A stretch of DNA of 64,000 nucleotides from an uncultured Oscillospiraceae bacterium (GTDB taxonomy: Bacteria; Bacillota; Clostridia; Oscillospirales; QAMX01): the NCBI GenBank assembly GCA_964515055.1, contig CAZEUG010000001.1:21921-85920 (forward strand). Reading direction: 5' to 3'. Within the stretch, counting starts at the first letter, position 1. Each line of letters opens with the position of its first letter. Made by a program: the position numbers and the translations under genes. A model generated the notes under the pieces. The model did not search any database. It saw only the letters and a list, made by a program, of their open reading frames with translations, and was not told the DNA's origin. This document shows positions 45,455-56,350 of this stretch, in pieces.

Positions 45455-47989
45455 ATGAATGCACAAACAACCAAACCGTTTCCAAAACTGTCAGAAACGG
45501 CAAAAAAACGCATTGGAATCCTTGAAAAAATTCTGAGAGTCATCGGTAAAGTTCTGGTGACCATTCTGCTCATTCTCCTGTTTACGGGGGTGCTTTGCGC
45601 CGGTGCGTTTGGCCTGTATGTTCGAAAATACCTGCAGCCGGATGTCGACATCGACATTGGCAATATCCGCATGAATTACTCCTCCGTCATCTACGCGACC
45701 AATTCGACCACCGGCGAGAAGACGGAGCTGACACGCCTGTACGGGACGGAAAACCGCGTGTGGGCGAACTACGATCAAATCCCGAAAAATCTGGTGGACG
45801 CCTTTATCGCCATCGAGGATGAACGCTTTGAAAGCCACAAGGGCGTGGACTGGAAGCGAACCATCGGCGCAACCATCAACCTGATCATGCCGTTTTCCTC
45901 CAACTTCGGCGGTTCCACAATCACGCAGCAGGTGATCAAAAACATCACCGGCGACAGCGAGCCGACGATTCAGCGCAAGGTTCTGGAAATCCTCCGTGCG
46001 CTGAATCTTGAACGCCAGCTCTCAAAAGACCAGATTATGGAGATCTACCTGAATACCATCAACCTGAGTCAGGGCTGCTACGGCGTCAGTTCGGCGGCGT
46101 ATGTCTACTTCGGCAAGGAGGTCAGCGACCTGAACCTGGCCGAATGCGCCTGCATCGCCGGGATTACCAACAGCCCTACCTACTACGACCCCTTCCAGAA
46201 CCCGGACAACAACAAGCGCCGTCAGGAGCTGATTCTGGGCAAAATGCTCGAGCTGGGCAAAATTTCACAGAATGAATATGAACGGGCCATCGGCGAGACG
46301 CTGGCCTTTCGGAAATATGACGATGAGGACAACAGCACCACCAACGTGCAGTCGTATTTTGTCGATCTGCTGATCAACGAACTCATCACGGAGCTGAAGG
46401 AAACCTACGGTTATTCGAACACCATCGCCTACAAAATGCTGTATGCGGGCGGCCTGACCATCGAGGCGACCATCGACCCCCGGGTGCAGGCGGCGATTGA
46501 ACAGGTCTATGCCGATCGGGACAATTTCCCGACCGTCAGAGGGACGACACAGCTTGAATCTGCTATGACGATTTTCTCCCCGGACGGCCGCCTGCTCGGC
46601 GTCGTCGGCGGAATCGGCACCAAATACGGGAATCTCGTCCTCAACCGCGCCGTTGCCAGACGCTCACCGGGTTCCTCCATCAAACCGATCAGCGTCTACG
46701 CTCCGGCCATCGAATATGGCCTGATCACGCCATACAGCGTGCTGGATGACTCGCCCTCCAAAATCATCAACAGCTCCGGCGCACTGGTTGAACCGGAATC
46801 TGCCATTCTGATCGGCGGGAACGAGCTCTCTGCATGGCCGGCCAACCAGAACCGCACGTATTCCGGCCGAACCACCATAACGACAGCTGTGGCCAAATCG
46901 CTGAATACCATTCCGGTTCGCGTGCTCGATCTGATGTCGCTGGAAACTGCCTTCCAGTTCGCGACGGAAAACTTCGGGCTGAGCCTGTTGCACCAGCAAA
47001 CCGTCAACGGGGTCTATTATGACGATATGACCTACTCGGCTCTGGCACTCGGCGGCGTCAGCCGCGGCGTTTCGCTGCTGGAAATGACGGCGGCCTATGT
47101 CCCATTTCTGAACGACGGGATTTATGTGGAGCCGACCACCTACCTGCGTGTGCTCGACTCGGACGGAAACGTCCTGATTGATCATACCGCCCGGGAAAAT
47201 GTCGCAATTTCCGCCGATACGGCGTATTATATGCGCGCCATGCTGGAAAACGTGGTGAAAAACGGTACCGGTTCCGCTGCATCACTCAACGGAATTTCCG
47301 TGGCCGGGAAAACCGGTACGACCTCCAACGACTATGATCGGTGGTTCATCGGCTTCACGCCGTATTACGTCGGCGGCGTCTGGTTCGGCTTCGATCTGCA
47401 GAAGGAAATCACCGGCCTGTCGGCCAACCCGGCCGTTTCCACCTGGAAACAGGTCATGGAAATTCTGCATGAAGATCAGCCGGCTGCAACCTTTGAAACA
47501 CTACCCAACCTGCAAACGTATTCCTACTGCCTCGACAGCGGCGGCATCCCAACGGCGGCCTGCAAGGCTGACCCCCGCGGCAGCCGCGTCGCCTACGGGA
47601 AATTCCAGCCGGAGGATGCGCCAAAGTCGCTCTGCTCCATGCATACAACGGTTCAGGTCTGCAGCGAATCAGGCAAGCTCGCCCGCGCACACTGCCCGGA
47701 GGAATCGCTGACAACCGTTTCGCGCCTGAATCTCTACCGCTATTTTGCGGTGCCGAATGTCTCGGTGGCCGACGAGAAATATACCGTCCACTTTGAAGGC
47801 ATCCTCTCCGAACGCATCCTTTCGTATTATTACCCGGCAACCTGCTCTGACGGCTACGCGCTGGAAGGACAGTGCACGATTCATGTCACCGCACCGCAGC
47901 CGACCGACCCGGATGTGACCGATGAAACCGGCGGGACGGATTTCCAACCGATTGAGCCGCCGGAGCCGGATATCACCCCGGACGACTGA
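45455..47989 (+). CDS. Class A penicillin-binding protein (PBP1A-type glycosyltransferase/transpeptidase)
   Basis: N-terminal TM. GT51 motifs (AFIAIEDERFESHKGVD, GGSTITQQ). Transpeptidase SxxK (PGSSIKP) and KTG (GKTGTT). The ATG at 45455 is chosen. Confidence 0.9.
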   Translation: MNAQTTKPFPKLSETAKKRIGILEKILRVIGKVLVTILLILLFTGVLCAGAFGLYVRKYLQPDVDIDIGNIRMNYSSVIYATNSTTGEKTELTRLYGTENRVWANYDQIPKNLVDAFIAIEDERFESHKGVDWKRTIGATINLIMPFSSNFGGSTITQQVIKNITGDSEPTIQRKVLEILRALNLERQLSKDQIMEIYLNTINLSQGCYGVSSAAYVYFGKEVSDLNLAECACIAGITNSPTYYDPFQNPDNNKRRQELILGKMLELGKISQNEYERAIGETLAFRKYDDEDNSTTNVQSYFVDLLINELITELKETYGYSNTIAYKMLYAGGLTIEATIDPRVQAAIEQVYADRDNFPTVRGTTQLESAMTIFSPDGRLLGVVGGIGTKYGNLVLNRAVARRSPGSSIKPISVYAPAIEYGLITPYSVLDDSPSKIINSSGALVEPESAILIGGNELSAWPANQNRTYSGRTTITTAVAKSLNTIPVRVLDLMSLETAFQFATENFGLSLLHQQTVNGVYYDDMTYSALALGGVSRGVSLLEMTAAYVPFLNDGIYVEPTTYLRVLDSDGNVLIDHTARENVAISADTAYYMRAMLENVVKNGTGSAASLNGISVAGKTGTTSNDYDRWFIGFTPYYVGGVWFGFDLQKEITGLSANPAVSTWKQVMEILHEDQPAATFETLPNLQTYSYCLDSGGIPTAACKADPRGSRVAYGKFQPEDAPKSLCSMHTTVQVCSESGKLARAHCPEESLTTVSRLNLYRYFAVPNVSVADEKYTVHFEGILSERILSYYYPATCSDGYALEGQCTIHVTAPQPTDPDVTDETGGTDFQPIEPPEPDITPDD

Positions 47990-48019
47990 ACAGAAACTTG
48001 ACGGACAGGGAGGTTCACT

Positions 48020-48934
48020 GTGTCCAATTCTGCAAACCTTACCGCGAAAGACCTGACGCGGCTGCTGCCGGGCGGTCTGGTTCTCCAAAATGAACCGCTG
48101 GCAGCGCATACCTCGTTTCAAATCGGCGGCCCATGCGCCGTCTTTGCAGTGCCCGGCTCCGAAGAGGAGCTGGCCGCTCTGCTTCAATATACCGCGGAAA
48201 AGGCGCTGCCGCGCTTCCTGATGGGCAGCGGCACCAACCTGCTGTGCGCAGATGCGGGCTTTGACGGCGTAGTCATCCAGACCGGCCGCCTTTGCCGGGT
48301 GTCCGTTGAAGACCATGTGGTCACAGCAGGAGCGGGGAGCTCCCTGACCAGGACGGCCTATGCGGCCATGAACGCGGGGCTGACCGGGCTGGAATTTGCA
48401 CACGGCATTCCGGGCAGCGTTGGCGGCGGCGCGGTCATGAACGCCGGCGCATATGGCGGCGCTCTGCAGGACGTGATTCTCGACGTGACCTGCCTGGATG
48501 ACGATGGCAACCGCCGGCGCTTTTCCAACATTGAATCGGCGTTTTCCTATCGCCACAGCCGCTTCCAGGAGGAACCGCTGACCGTTACATCGGTTCGGTT
48601 TGCCCTGCAGCCGGGCGAGCCGGATGCCATACGTGCAACGATGAACGAGCTGGCGGAGCGCCGCCGCGCAAAGCAGCCACTCGAACTGCCGAGCGCGGGG
48701 AGTGTTTTCAAACGTCCGCCCAATGGCTATGCCTCTGCCATGATCGATGAATGCGGTCTGAAGGGGCTGACGGTCGGCGGTGCCTGTGTTTCACCCAAAC
48801 ACGCAGGCTTTATCGTGAACAACGGCGGCGCAACGTGTGCAGATGTGCTGCAACTGATTGAAATCATCCAAACCCACATTCAGAACCGGTTCGGCGTGCG
48901 GCTGGAATGCGAAATCCGAACGCTGGGGTTCTGA
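48020..48934 (+). CDS. murB: UDP-N-acetylenolpyruvoylglucosamine reductase
   Basis: FQIGGPCAVFAVP, GSGTNLL and PSAGSVFKRP motifs. Confidence 0.92.
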   Translation: MSNSANLTAKDLTRLLPGGLVLQNEPLAAHTSFQIGGPCAVFAVPGSEEELAALLQYTAEKALPRFLMGSGTNLLCADAGFDGVVIQTGRLCRVSVEDHVVTAGAGSSLTRTAYAAMNAGLTGLEFAHGIPGSVGGGAVMNAGAYGGALQDVILDVTCLDDDGNRRRFSNIESAFSYRHSRFQEEPLTVTSVRFALQPGEPDAIRATMNELAERRRAKQPLELPSAGSVFKRPPNGYASAMIDECGLKGLTVGGACVSPKHAGFIVNNGGATCADVLQLIEIIQTHIQNRFGVRLECEIRTLGF

Positions 48935-48960
48935 ACAACCGACAGAAAGGAGAAGCAGCC

Positions 48961-49881
48961 ATGTCCTTTTCCGGCAGTGCCAAAACGGAAGTCTGTAGAA
49001 TTCCGGTGCAAAAGCCGTGCTGCGCCCTGGCGGAGCTGTATGGCATTCTGCTCTTTGCGAGTACCTTTTCGCCACAGGAAATCCGAATCATCACCGGCAA
49101 CGAAAAGCTGGCGCGCCGCATCGCTCAGCTCTGTGCCGCACAGCAACCGTCGATTGAGCTCCCGTTCGAAACGACAACGGTTTCCGGCGGACGGACGATT
49201 CTGACGCTTGCGGACTCGGAACGGATTGCACCGCTGCTCCACCTCTTTGGCTACGATGAAACCGGCTTCCTGACGCTGCATTTTCACGGCTGGATGGTCG
49301 AGTCGGACTGCTGCCGTGCGGCGTTTTTGCGCGGTGCATTTCTGACGGGCGGCTATCTGGCCGAACCGGAAAAAATGTACTACCTGGAGCTGTCCAGCCC
49401 GCACGCACTGATGATGCGGGAGCTGGGCATCCTGTTTGCGGATATGGAGCTGCACCTGAAAGCCGGACGCCGGAAGGACAATGCACTCCTGTACTGCAAG
49501 GACAGCGAAACCATCGAAACGTATCTGACGGTGATTGGCGCCCACCGTTCCGTCATCAATTTTATGGAGACACGCGTGATCAAGGATGTCCGAAACACCA
49601 TCAATCGCCGTGTCAACTGCGAAGCATCCAATATCATCAAGGCGGCCGAAAACGGGACGAATCAACTGAAGCTCCTCCAACGCATCGAGCAGGCCGGACA
49701 GACGGAGCAGCTCGACGATAAGCTGCGGGAGGCCATGCAGCTTCGAATGCAATACCCCGATGAAACGCTGGCCGAGCTGGCTGCCCGCGCCAATCCGCCC
49801 GTTTCGAAATCCGGCCTGAACCATCGTCTGAAAAAACTGATGGCCATAGCAGAGACCCTTCCGGAGGTTCCGGAAGCATAG
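48961..49881 (+). CDS. whiA: DNA-binding protein WhiA
   Basis: MSFSGSAKTEVCRI...CCALAELYGILLF N-terminus and a C-terminal HTH (LAELA...SKSGLNHRLKKL). Confidence 0.9.
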   Translation: MSFSGSAKTEVCRIPVQKPCCALAELYGILLFASTFSPQEIRIITGNEKLARRIAQLCAAQQPSIELPFETTTVSGGRTILTLADSERIAPLLHLFGYDETGFLTLHFHGWMVESDCCRAAFLRGAFLTGGYLAEPEKMYYLELSSPHALMMRELGILFADMELHLKAGRRKDNALLYCKDSETIETYLTVIGAHRSVINFMETRVIKDVRNTINRRVNCEASNIIKAAENGTNQLKLLQRIEQAGQTEQLDDKLREAMQLRMQYPDETLAELAARANPPVSKSGLNHRLKKLMAIAETLPEVPEA

Positions 49882-49900
49882 CGCGAAAGGGGATGCCTGA

Positions 49901-52900
49901 ATGACTGATTTTGTCCATTTGCACGTTCACACGGAATACAGTCTGCTGGACGGCGCCTGCCGCATCAGCCGGTTGATGGATTATGTCAAATCCATCGGGC
50001 AGTCGGCCATTGCGATCACCGATCACGGCGCAATGTTCGGCGTGTACGATTTCTATCGCGCCGCAAAAGCTGCCGGTGTCAAACCGATCATCGGCTGCGA
50101 GGTGTATGTGGCACCGCGCAGTCGCTTTGACCGCCAGAGCGAGGATGCCCATGCATCCCACCTGGTGCTGCTCTGCGAAACACGGGAAGGGTACCGGAAT
50201 CTGTGCAGGCTGGTTAGTTGTGCCTATACAGAGGGCTTCTATAAGAAGCCGCGCATTGATCTGGAGCTGCTGGAACAGCACGCCGAAGGCCTGATCGGCC
50301 TCTCCGCCTGCCTGGCCGGTGACGTGGCCAGACACCTGTCCGCCGAGGATTATGACGGCGCTCTGAGCTGCGCCAGGCGATACGATCGGATTTTTGGCCA
50401 CGGCAATTTCTTCCTGGAGCTGCAGGATCATCAGATTCCGGAGCAGAAGCTCGTCAATCGCGGCATCCGCAGACTGCATTCAGAAACCGGCATCCCGATG
50501 GTCATCACCAATGACGCGCATTACATTCGCAGGGAGGAAGCAGAGCTGCAGGACGTTCTGATGTGCATCCAGACCGGCAAAACCGTTGACACACCGGATC
50601 GCCTCCGCTTTTCCACACAGGAATTCTATATCAAATCGGCGGATGAACTCGGTGAGCTGTTCCCGGACGATGAGGCCGCCTTCGAAAATACGGTGAAAAT
50701 CGCGGAAAGATGCCAATCCGACTTTTTTGATTTCACCGGGTATATCCTCCCGCAGTATCAGGCGGAAACCGGCGAGGACAGCAAGACCTACCTCCGCCGG
50801 AAAAGTGAAGAGGGTTTTTTACGCCGATACGGCGAAAACGCGCCGCAGGCCTATCGCGATCGTTTGAACTATGAGCTGGATGTCATCATTCAGATGGGCT
50901 TCGCTGACTACTACCTGATCGTCTGGGATTACGTTCAGTATGCCAGAAGCCGTGAAATTCCGGTCGGCCCGGGACGCGGCTCCGGTGCAGGCAGTCTGGT
51001 GGCCTACTGCATGGGCATCACCAACATCTGCCCCATGAAATACGCGCTCTATTTCGAGCGCTTCCTGAATCCGGAACGCGTTTCCATGCCGGACTTTGAT
51101 GTGGATTTCTGCCCGAAGCGCCGCGGCGAGGTCATTCAGTATATGTCGGAGCGCTATGGTGCTGAGCACGTGGCGCAAATCGTGACGTTTGGCACCATGG
51201 CCGCACGGAGCGTCATCCGCGATGTCGGCCGCGCATTTGGCGTACCGCTGACACAGGTGGACGCATTGGCCAAGCTCGTACCGAATGAGCTGCACATGAC
51301 CATTGAAAAGGCACTGCAAAAATCCGCAGACCTGAAAGCGCAGTATGAGCAGGACGAAACGACACACCGCCTGATCGATACGGCCATGTGGCTCGAGGGA
51401 ATGCCGAAAAATACGTCGACCCACGCGGCGGGCGTTGTGCTGACGCCAAAGGCCACCAGTGAATATGTGCCGCTGGCGGTCAATGAAAATGTCGTCGTGA
51501 CACAGTTCCCTATGACGTCCATCGGCGACCTGGGACTGGTCAAAATGGACTTTCTCGGCCTGCGCAATCTGACCATCATTGCCGACGCGGAACGCATGAT
51601 CCGCGAAACGCAGCCGGATTTCCGGATTGAACAGATTCCGGACGATGACCCCCAGACGTTCCAGATGCTGGCAGAGGGGAAAACGTGCGGCGTGTTTCAG
51701 CTCGAATCGGCGGGCATGACCTCCGTAGCCGTCGGTATGCAGGCACAGTCGATTGAAGAAATCTGCGCCGTGATCGCGCTGTATCGTCCGGGCCCCATGG
51801 AGTCGATTCCCAGGTTCATCGATGGCAAGAAGCACCCGGAGCGCGTCTCCTACGCCCACCCGATGCTGAAGGATATTCTGGACGTCACCTACGGCTGTCC
51901 GCTCTATCAGGAGCAGGTGATGATGATATTCCGCAAGCTGGCCGGCTACTCCATGGGTCGCGCCGATATTGTGCGCCGCGCCATCAGCAAGAAAAAGACG
52001 GAAGCCCTGCGACAGGAGCGCGAGAATTTTCTCTACGGCAATGAAAAAGAGGGCATTCCGGGCTGCATCGCCAACGGCGTCGATGAAAAAACGGCCACGG
52101 AGATTTTTGAGGCCGTGCTCGACTTCGGCGGCTATGCCTTCAATAAAGCGCACTCCGCGGCCTATGCCATGGTGTCCTATCAGACGGCGTACCTGAAATG
52201 CCGCTACCCGCAGGAATACATGGGCGCGCTGCTGTCCAGCGTGCTGGGCAACCCGGCCAAGGTGGCAGAATACATCGGCGAATGCAAAACCATGGGCATT
52301 GCCATTCTGCCGCCGGACGTCAACCGCTCGGAAATGCATTTTGCAGTTGACGGCAAGGATATCCGCTTCGGAATGTGCGCGATCAAAAACGTCAGCGAAA
52401 AGCTGATCGCCGATCTCGTGGGCGAACGCCGGGAAAACGGCCCGTTCATGGGCTTTGCTGATTTCTGCAGCCGAATGTCCTGCCATGAACTGAACAGTAA
52501 AACCGTGGAATGGCTGATCAAGGCCGGGGCGTGCGACTGTTTTGGCCTGAACCGGATGCAGATGCTCAACGCGTATGACAACCTGATTGCATCGGCCATT
52601 CTGGAGCGAAAAAGCAAGATCGAGGGGCAGCTGTCCCTGTTCGGAGAAGAAGAGGATCAGAGCATCAACGAACCGGTCATTCCGGACATGAAGGATTTCA
52701 CCCGCCGGGAGCGGTTTGCCATGGAAAAGGAAGCCATGGGGATTTATCTCTCCGGCCATCCGGCAGATGAATATCAGGCATCCTTCCGTCAGGCGGGCTG
52801 CATTGCCATCCGTGAGCTGCTCGGCGATGAAGAGGAACGCGAGGAACCGGACGATTCAGAGTCCACGCTGCTGTCCGGCAACACGGAATATGACAACCGC

Positions 52901-53464
52901 GAGGTGACCATTGGCGGCGTCGTGACGGCGCTGAAGCAGAAGGTCACAAAGAGCGGGCAAACCATGGCGTTTGCAACGGTCGAAGACCTGACCGGCGCGA
53001 TGGAAATTCTCGTCTTTCCGAAGATTCTGACGGAATACGGTCTGTTCCTGAAACAGGAGAACGCCGTTATTCTGCGCGGAAGGGTCAGCCTGCGGGAAAA
53101 TGAGGAGCCGAAGCTGATCTGCGAACGCATCCGGCTGGCGACGAGCAACGGACAGGAAACACCTGCGCCGCCCATGATGGAACCGCGGGAACCGTTGCCG
53201 ACAGCCGGGGAACCGCAGGAGCCGCGCCTGCAGTTTGCACCGGAGCAGAAGCTCTACCTCCGTGTCTATAACGAGGAACAGCGCTTCTTTGAACGGCTGA
53301 AGGGGCTGTTCACCATGTTCCCCGGAACGCGACAGGCCATCCTCTACTATCCGGTGTCGCAGCGCCGCCTGGCAACGGATGCATCCCTGCGCGTGAGCGA
53401 TGATATGCGCCTGTATCGGGAGCTGTACCGCCTGCTGGGCGAGGAAAACGTCAAGCTGAAGTAA
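49901..53464 (+). CDS. dnaE: DNA polymerase III alpha subunit (DnaE type)
   Basis: PHP domain FVHLHVHTEYSLLDGA and the catalytic region PDFDVDF. 1187 aa. Confidence 0.95.
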   Translation: MTDFVHLHVHTEYSLLDGACRISRLMDYVKSIGQSAIAITDHGAMFGVYDFYRAAKAAGVKPIIGCEVYVAPRSRFDRQSEDAHASHLVLLCETREGYRNLCRLVSCAYTEGFYKKPRIDLELLEQHAEGLIGLSACLAGDVARHLSAEDYDGALSCARRYDRIFGHGNFFLELQDHQIPEQKLVNRGIRRLHSETGIPMVITNDAHYIRREEAELQDVLMCIQTGKTVDTPDRLRFSTQEFYIKSADELGELFPDDEAAFENTVKIAERCQSDFFDFTGYILPQYQAETGEDSKTYLRRKSEEGFLRRYGENAPQAYRDRLNYELDVIIQMGFADYYLIVWDYVQYARSREIPVGPGRGSGAGSLVAYCMGITNICPMKYALYFERFLNPERVSMPDFDVDFCPKRRGEVIQYMSERYGAEHVAQIVTFGTMAARSVIRDVGRAFGVPLTQVDALAKLVPNELHMTIEKALQKSADLKAQYEQDETTHRLIDTAMWLEGMPKNTSTHAAGVVLTPKATSEYVPLAVNENVVVTQFPMTSIGDLGLVKMDFLGLRNLTIIADAERMIRETQPDFRIEQIPDDDPQTFQMLAEGKTCGVFQLESAGMTSVAVGMQAQSIEEICAVIALYRPGPMESIPRFIDGKKHPERVSYAHPMLKDILDVTYGCPLYQEQVMMIFRKLAGYSMGRADIVRRAISKKKTEALRQERENFLYGNEKEGIPGCIANGVDEKTATEIFEAVLDFGGYAFNKAHSAAYAMVSYQTAYLKCRYPQEYMGALLSSVLGNPAKVAEYIGECKTMGIAILPPDVNRSEMHFAVDGKDIRFGMCAIKNVSEKLIADLVGERRENGPFMGFADFCSRMSCHELNSKTVEWLIKAGACDCFGLNRMQMLNAYDNLIASAILERKSKIEGQLSLFGEEEDQSINEPVIPDMKDFTRRERFAMEKEAMGIYLSGHPADEYQASFRQAGCIAIRELLGDEEEREEPDDSESTLLSGNTEYDNREVTIGGVVTALKQKVTKSGQTMAFATVEDLTGAMEILVFPKILTEYGLFLKQENAVILRGRVSLRENEEPKLICERIRLATSNGQETPAPPMMEPREPLPTAGEPQEPRLQFAPEQKLYLRVYNEEQRFFERLKGLFTMFPGTRQAILYYPVSQRRLATDASLRVSDDMRLYRELYRLLGEENVKLK

Positions 53465-53504
53465 CGGACACAGGAAAAAGACACAGATTTTGTGAAAAAC
53501 AGGA

Positions 53505-53533
53505 TTGAAATTTGCACGCAAATTCGGTATAAT
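53505..53533 (+). promoter_or_regulatory. SigA-type promoter for dnaB-tilS-hpt-ftsH
   Basis: TTGAAA, a 17-nt spacer, then TATAAT. Confidence 0.6.
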
Positions 53534-53592
53534 AGATAAAATCAATCGATGTGTTGAACCGGGAACCACCGGACAGGAAAGGAGGCTGCATC

Positions 53593-54918
53593 ATGGAAGA
53601 GCTCGTTCTGCGACGTCAGCCATACAGTGCAGAAGCAGAACAGGCCGTGCTGGGCAGTCTGCTGATTGATCCGGCATGCATTGCCGAGGCGATTGAAATT
53701 GTCGCAGCAGATGATTTCTATCTGCCGGAAAATAAGAAAATTTTTGAAACCATCACATCCATGTACACGCTGGGTCAGAAAATGGACCCGGTTATTCTGC
53801 TGGATGAACTGAAAAACCGCGAGATCTACGATGAAGCCGGCGGCCGAGCCTACCTCTATAAGCTGATTGAGATTACGCCGACCGCCGCCAACGTGAAGGC
53901 CTATGCCCAGATTGTCCGCGCCAAGGCGAAGCTGCGCAAGCTGGCCAAAATCACCGGGGAGACGAATGAGCGGGCGCTGTCGGAGGCCGGTGAGGTCAAC
54001 GAACTGATCGAAACGCTGGAGCAGCAGCTCTTTGAAATGCGCGGCGAAAAGCAGGGGCAGGGTCTGGTTCACATCCGCGCCGCCATCATGGATTCGATTG
54101 AAATCCTCAACGAACTCTCCAAGCACAAGGGTACCATGCCGGGCATTCCGACCGGCTTTTCCGATCTGGACTACTACATCACCGGCCTGAACCAGTCAGA
54201 CCTGATTCTGCTGGCCGCCCGCCCCGGTATCGGCAAAACCTCCGTTGCATTGAATATCGCCCGGAATGCATCGAAATCCGGAAAAAATGTCGCGGTCTTC
54301 AACCTGGAAATGAGCCGAACGCAGCTGGTACAGAGAATGCTGTCCAGCGAAGGCATGATCGACCTGAAAAAAATCAAGACGGCGGATTTGACCGATGACG
54401 AATGGGACCGTCTGGCCAGCGCCTCCAAGGAGCTGTCGGCTGCACCGATCTATATCGACGATACCGCCAACATCACAGTCGCGGAAATCAAAGCGCGCTG
54501 CCGCCGCCTGCCCAATCTGGGTCTGGTGATTATCGACTATCTCCAGCTGATCAGCGGCACCCGCAAGGACGGCAACCGCGTTCTGGAGGTTTCGGAAATC
54601 TCACGCGCCCTGAAAATTATGGCGAAGGAACTGAATATTCCAGTGCTTTGCCTGTCCCAGCTCTCCCGCGCATCCGATCAGCGCAAGGAGCGGCCGCGCC
54701 TGTCCGATCTGCGCGACTCCGGTGCCATTGAGCAAGACGCCGATATTGTTCTGTTTTTGTATAAGGATGAGGATTATAACCCGGATACCGCGGATAAAAA
54801 CGTCTGCGAATGTATCATTGCGAAAAACAGAAACGGCCAGACCAATACCGTGAAATTCCGTTGGCTGGGTCAGTTCACCCGATTCGTCACACAGGACAAT
54901 CACCATGCAGAAGCCTGA
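53593..54918 (+). CDS. dnaB: Replicative DNA helicase DnaB
   Basis: PYSAEAEQAVLGSLLID, Walker A ARPGIGKTSVAL and IIDYLQL motifs. RBS AAAGGAGG precedes the ATG at 53593. Confidence 0.93.
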   Translation: MEELVLRRQPYSAEAEQAVLGSLLIDPACIAEAIEIVAADDFYLPENKKIFETITSMYTLGQKMDPVILLDELKNREIYDEAGGRAYLYKLIEITPTAANVKAYAQIVRAKAKLRKLAKITGETNERALSEAGEVNELIETLEQQLFEMRGEKQGQGLVHIRAAIMDSIEILNELSKHKGTMPGIPTGFSDLDYYITGLNQSDLILLAARPGIGKTSVALNIARNASKSGKNVAVFNLEMSRTQLVQRMLSSEGMIDLKKIKTADLTDDEWDRLASASKELSAAPIYIDDTANITVAEIKARCRRLPNLGLVIIDYLQLISGTRKDGNRVLEVSEISRALKIMAKELNIPVLCLSQLSRASDQRKERPRLSDLRDSGAIEQDADIVLFLYKDEDYNPDTADKNVCECIIAKNRNGQTNTVKFRWLGQFTRFVTQDNHHAEA

Positions 54919-56290
54919 TTGCCTGCACCCGTATGAGCAGAGGGTGCTGCGCTGGCTGCGCGAGAACCGCGTTTCACTGTCCGGCTGCCGGGTTCTGGCG
55001 GCTCTGTCCGGCGGCGCGGATTCGGTCGCAATGACCCTTCTGCTGCAAAACCTGGCCGGGCAGAACGGCTTTACGCTCTGCGCGGCACACGTCAATCATC
55101 AGATTCGCGGCGAGGAGGCCGAGCGGGACGCCACGTTCTGCCGCGCCTTCTGCGAAGCGCGTGGGATTCCGTTTCGCCTACTGGTCGGTGATGCCCGACA
55201 GGTGGCAGCCAACCGCAGACAGGGGCTGGAGGAGGCCGCCAGGACGATGCGCTATGAGCTGCTGCAAAGTGCAGCCAATGCGTTGCAGGCCGACTGGATT
55301 GCAACGGCGCATACGGCGGATGATCAGCTGGAAACCGTTTTGCTCAACCTGATGCGCGGCAGTGCGGCGCGGGGGCTGAGCGGGATTCCACCGGTCAACG
55401 GTCGGATTCTTCGCCCGATTCTTCCACTGGAACGCGCTGATACCGAAACGATTGTCCGACTGGCCGGAACCGGCTATGTGACCGATTCGACAAATGAGTC
55501 CGATGCGTATGCCCGAAACCGCCTGCGCAATCAGGTGATCCCCGTTCTGCGCAGCCTGAACGGAAACGTGGCAAACCTTGCACTGGAAAACGGCATCATC
55601 CTGCGCGAAGAGGATCAGTACCTTGCCGAACTGGCGGCGGATGCACTTTCCTCCGTTCGCAACGGTGAACGGCTGTCTGTCTCCGCCGTTCAGACGCTGC
55701 CGGAAGCGATGCGCAGCCGCGTGGTGCGCCTCTGGGGCGGGGAATCCGGCATCCGGCTGGATCGCCGGAAAACCGCCGCCATCCTGGCACTCCTCACATC
55801 GCGGTGCCCTTCATCGTTCTGTGAACTCTCCGATGGGAAAATCTGCCGCCGGATTTATGGGGAATTGGCCATCGAAACGGTGTCCGAACCGCCCGCAGAC
55901 TTCTTCGTCCCCCTGCCGCTTGGAAAAACGGAACCGGTCGGCCGAAAATATACCGCTGAAGGCCGTTTTCTGGCGGGTTCACTCGTAAAAACACAGCAAG
56001 TTTATAAACTATTCAACCACTGCTATCTCAACTGTGATACAATAAAAGGAATGGTTTGCATCCGAAATCGCCGTCCGGGAGATCGTTTCGCAAGGAATGC
56101 GTCCTCCGGCTCCAAATCGCTGAAGCAGGTCTTCACCGACCTGAAAATCCCCGCCGACACCCGAAGGGAGTTGCCGGTCGTTGCGGATGAAGCAGGTGTT
56201 TTGTGGGTCTACGGCATCGGCCCCAACCATCTGCGCCCTCTTTACCGCCCGGAAACGGACGGATACGAAATCTGTTTTCGGGAAATCTAA
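54905..56290 (+). CDS. tilS: tRNA(Ile)-lysidine synthetase
   Basis: PP-loop motif LSGGADSVAM. Located before hpt-ftsH. Confidence 0.9.
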   Translation: MQKPDCLHPYEQRVLRWLRENRVSLSGCRVLAALSGGADSVAMTLLLQNLAGQNGFTLCAAHVNHQIRGEEAERDATFCRAFCEARGIPFRLLVGDARQVAANRRQGLEEAARTMRYELLQSAANALQADWIATAHTADDQLETVLLNLMRGSAARGLSGIPPVNGRILRPILPLERADTETIVRLAGTGYVTDSTNESDAYARNRLRNQVIPVLRSLNGNVANLALENGIILREEDQYLAELAADALSSVRNGERLSVSAVQTLPEAMRSRVVRLWGGESGIRLDRRKTAAILALLTSRCPSSFCELSDGKICRRIYGELAIETVSEPPADFFVPLPLGKTEPVGRKYTAEGRFLAGSLVKTQQVYKLFNHCYLNCDTIKGMVCIRNRRPGDRFARNASSGSKSLKQVFTDLKIPADTRRELPVVADEAGVLWVYGIGPNHLRPLYRPETDGYEICFREI

Positions 56291-56350
56291 CTACCATACC
56301 GACTGTTCCGGTAGGCCAACAAACGAACTTGGGAAGGAAGCGTCAGGCAT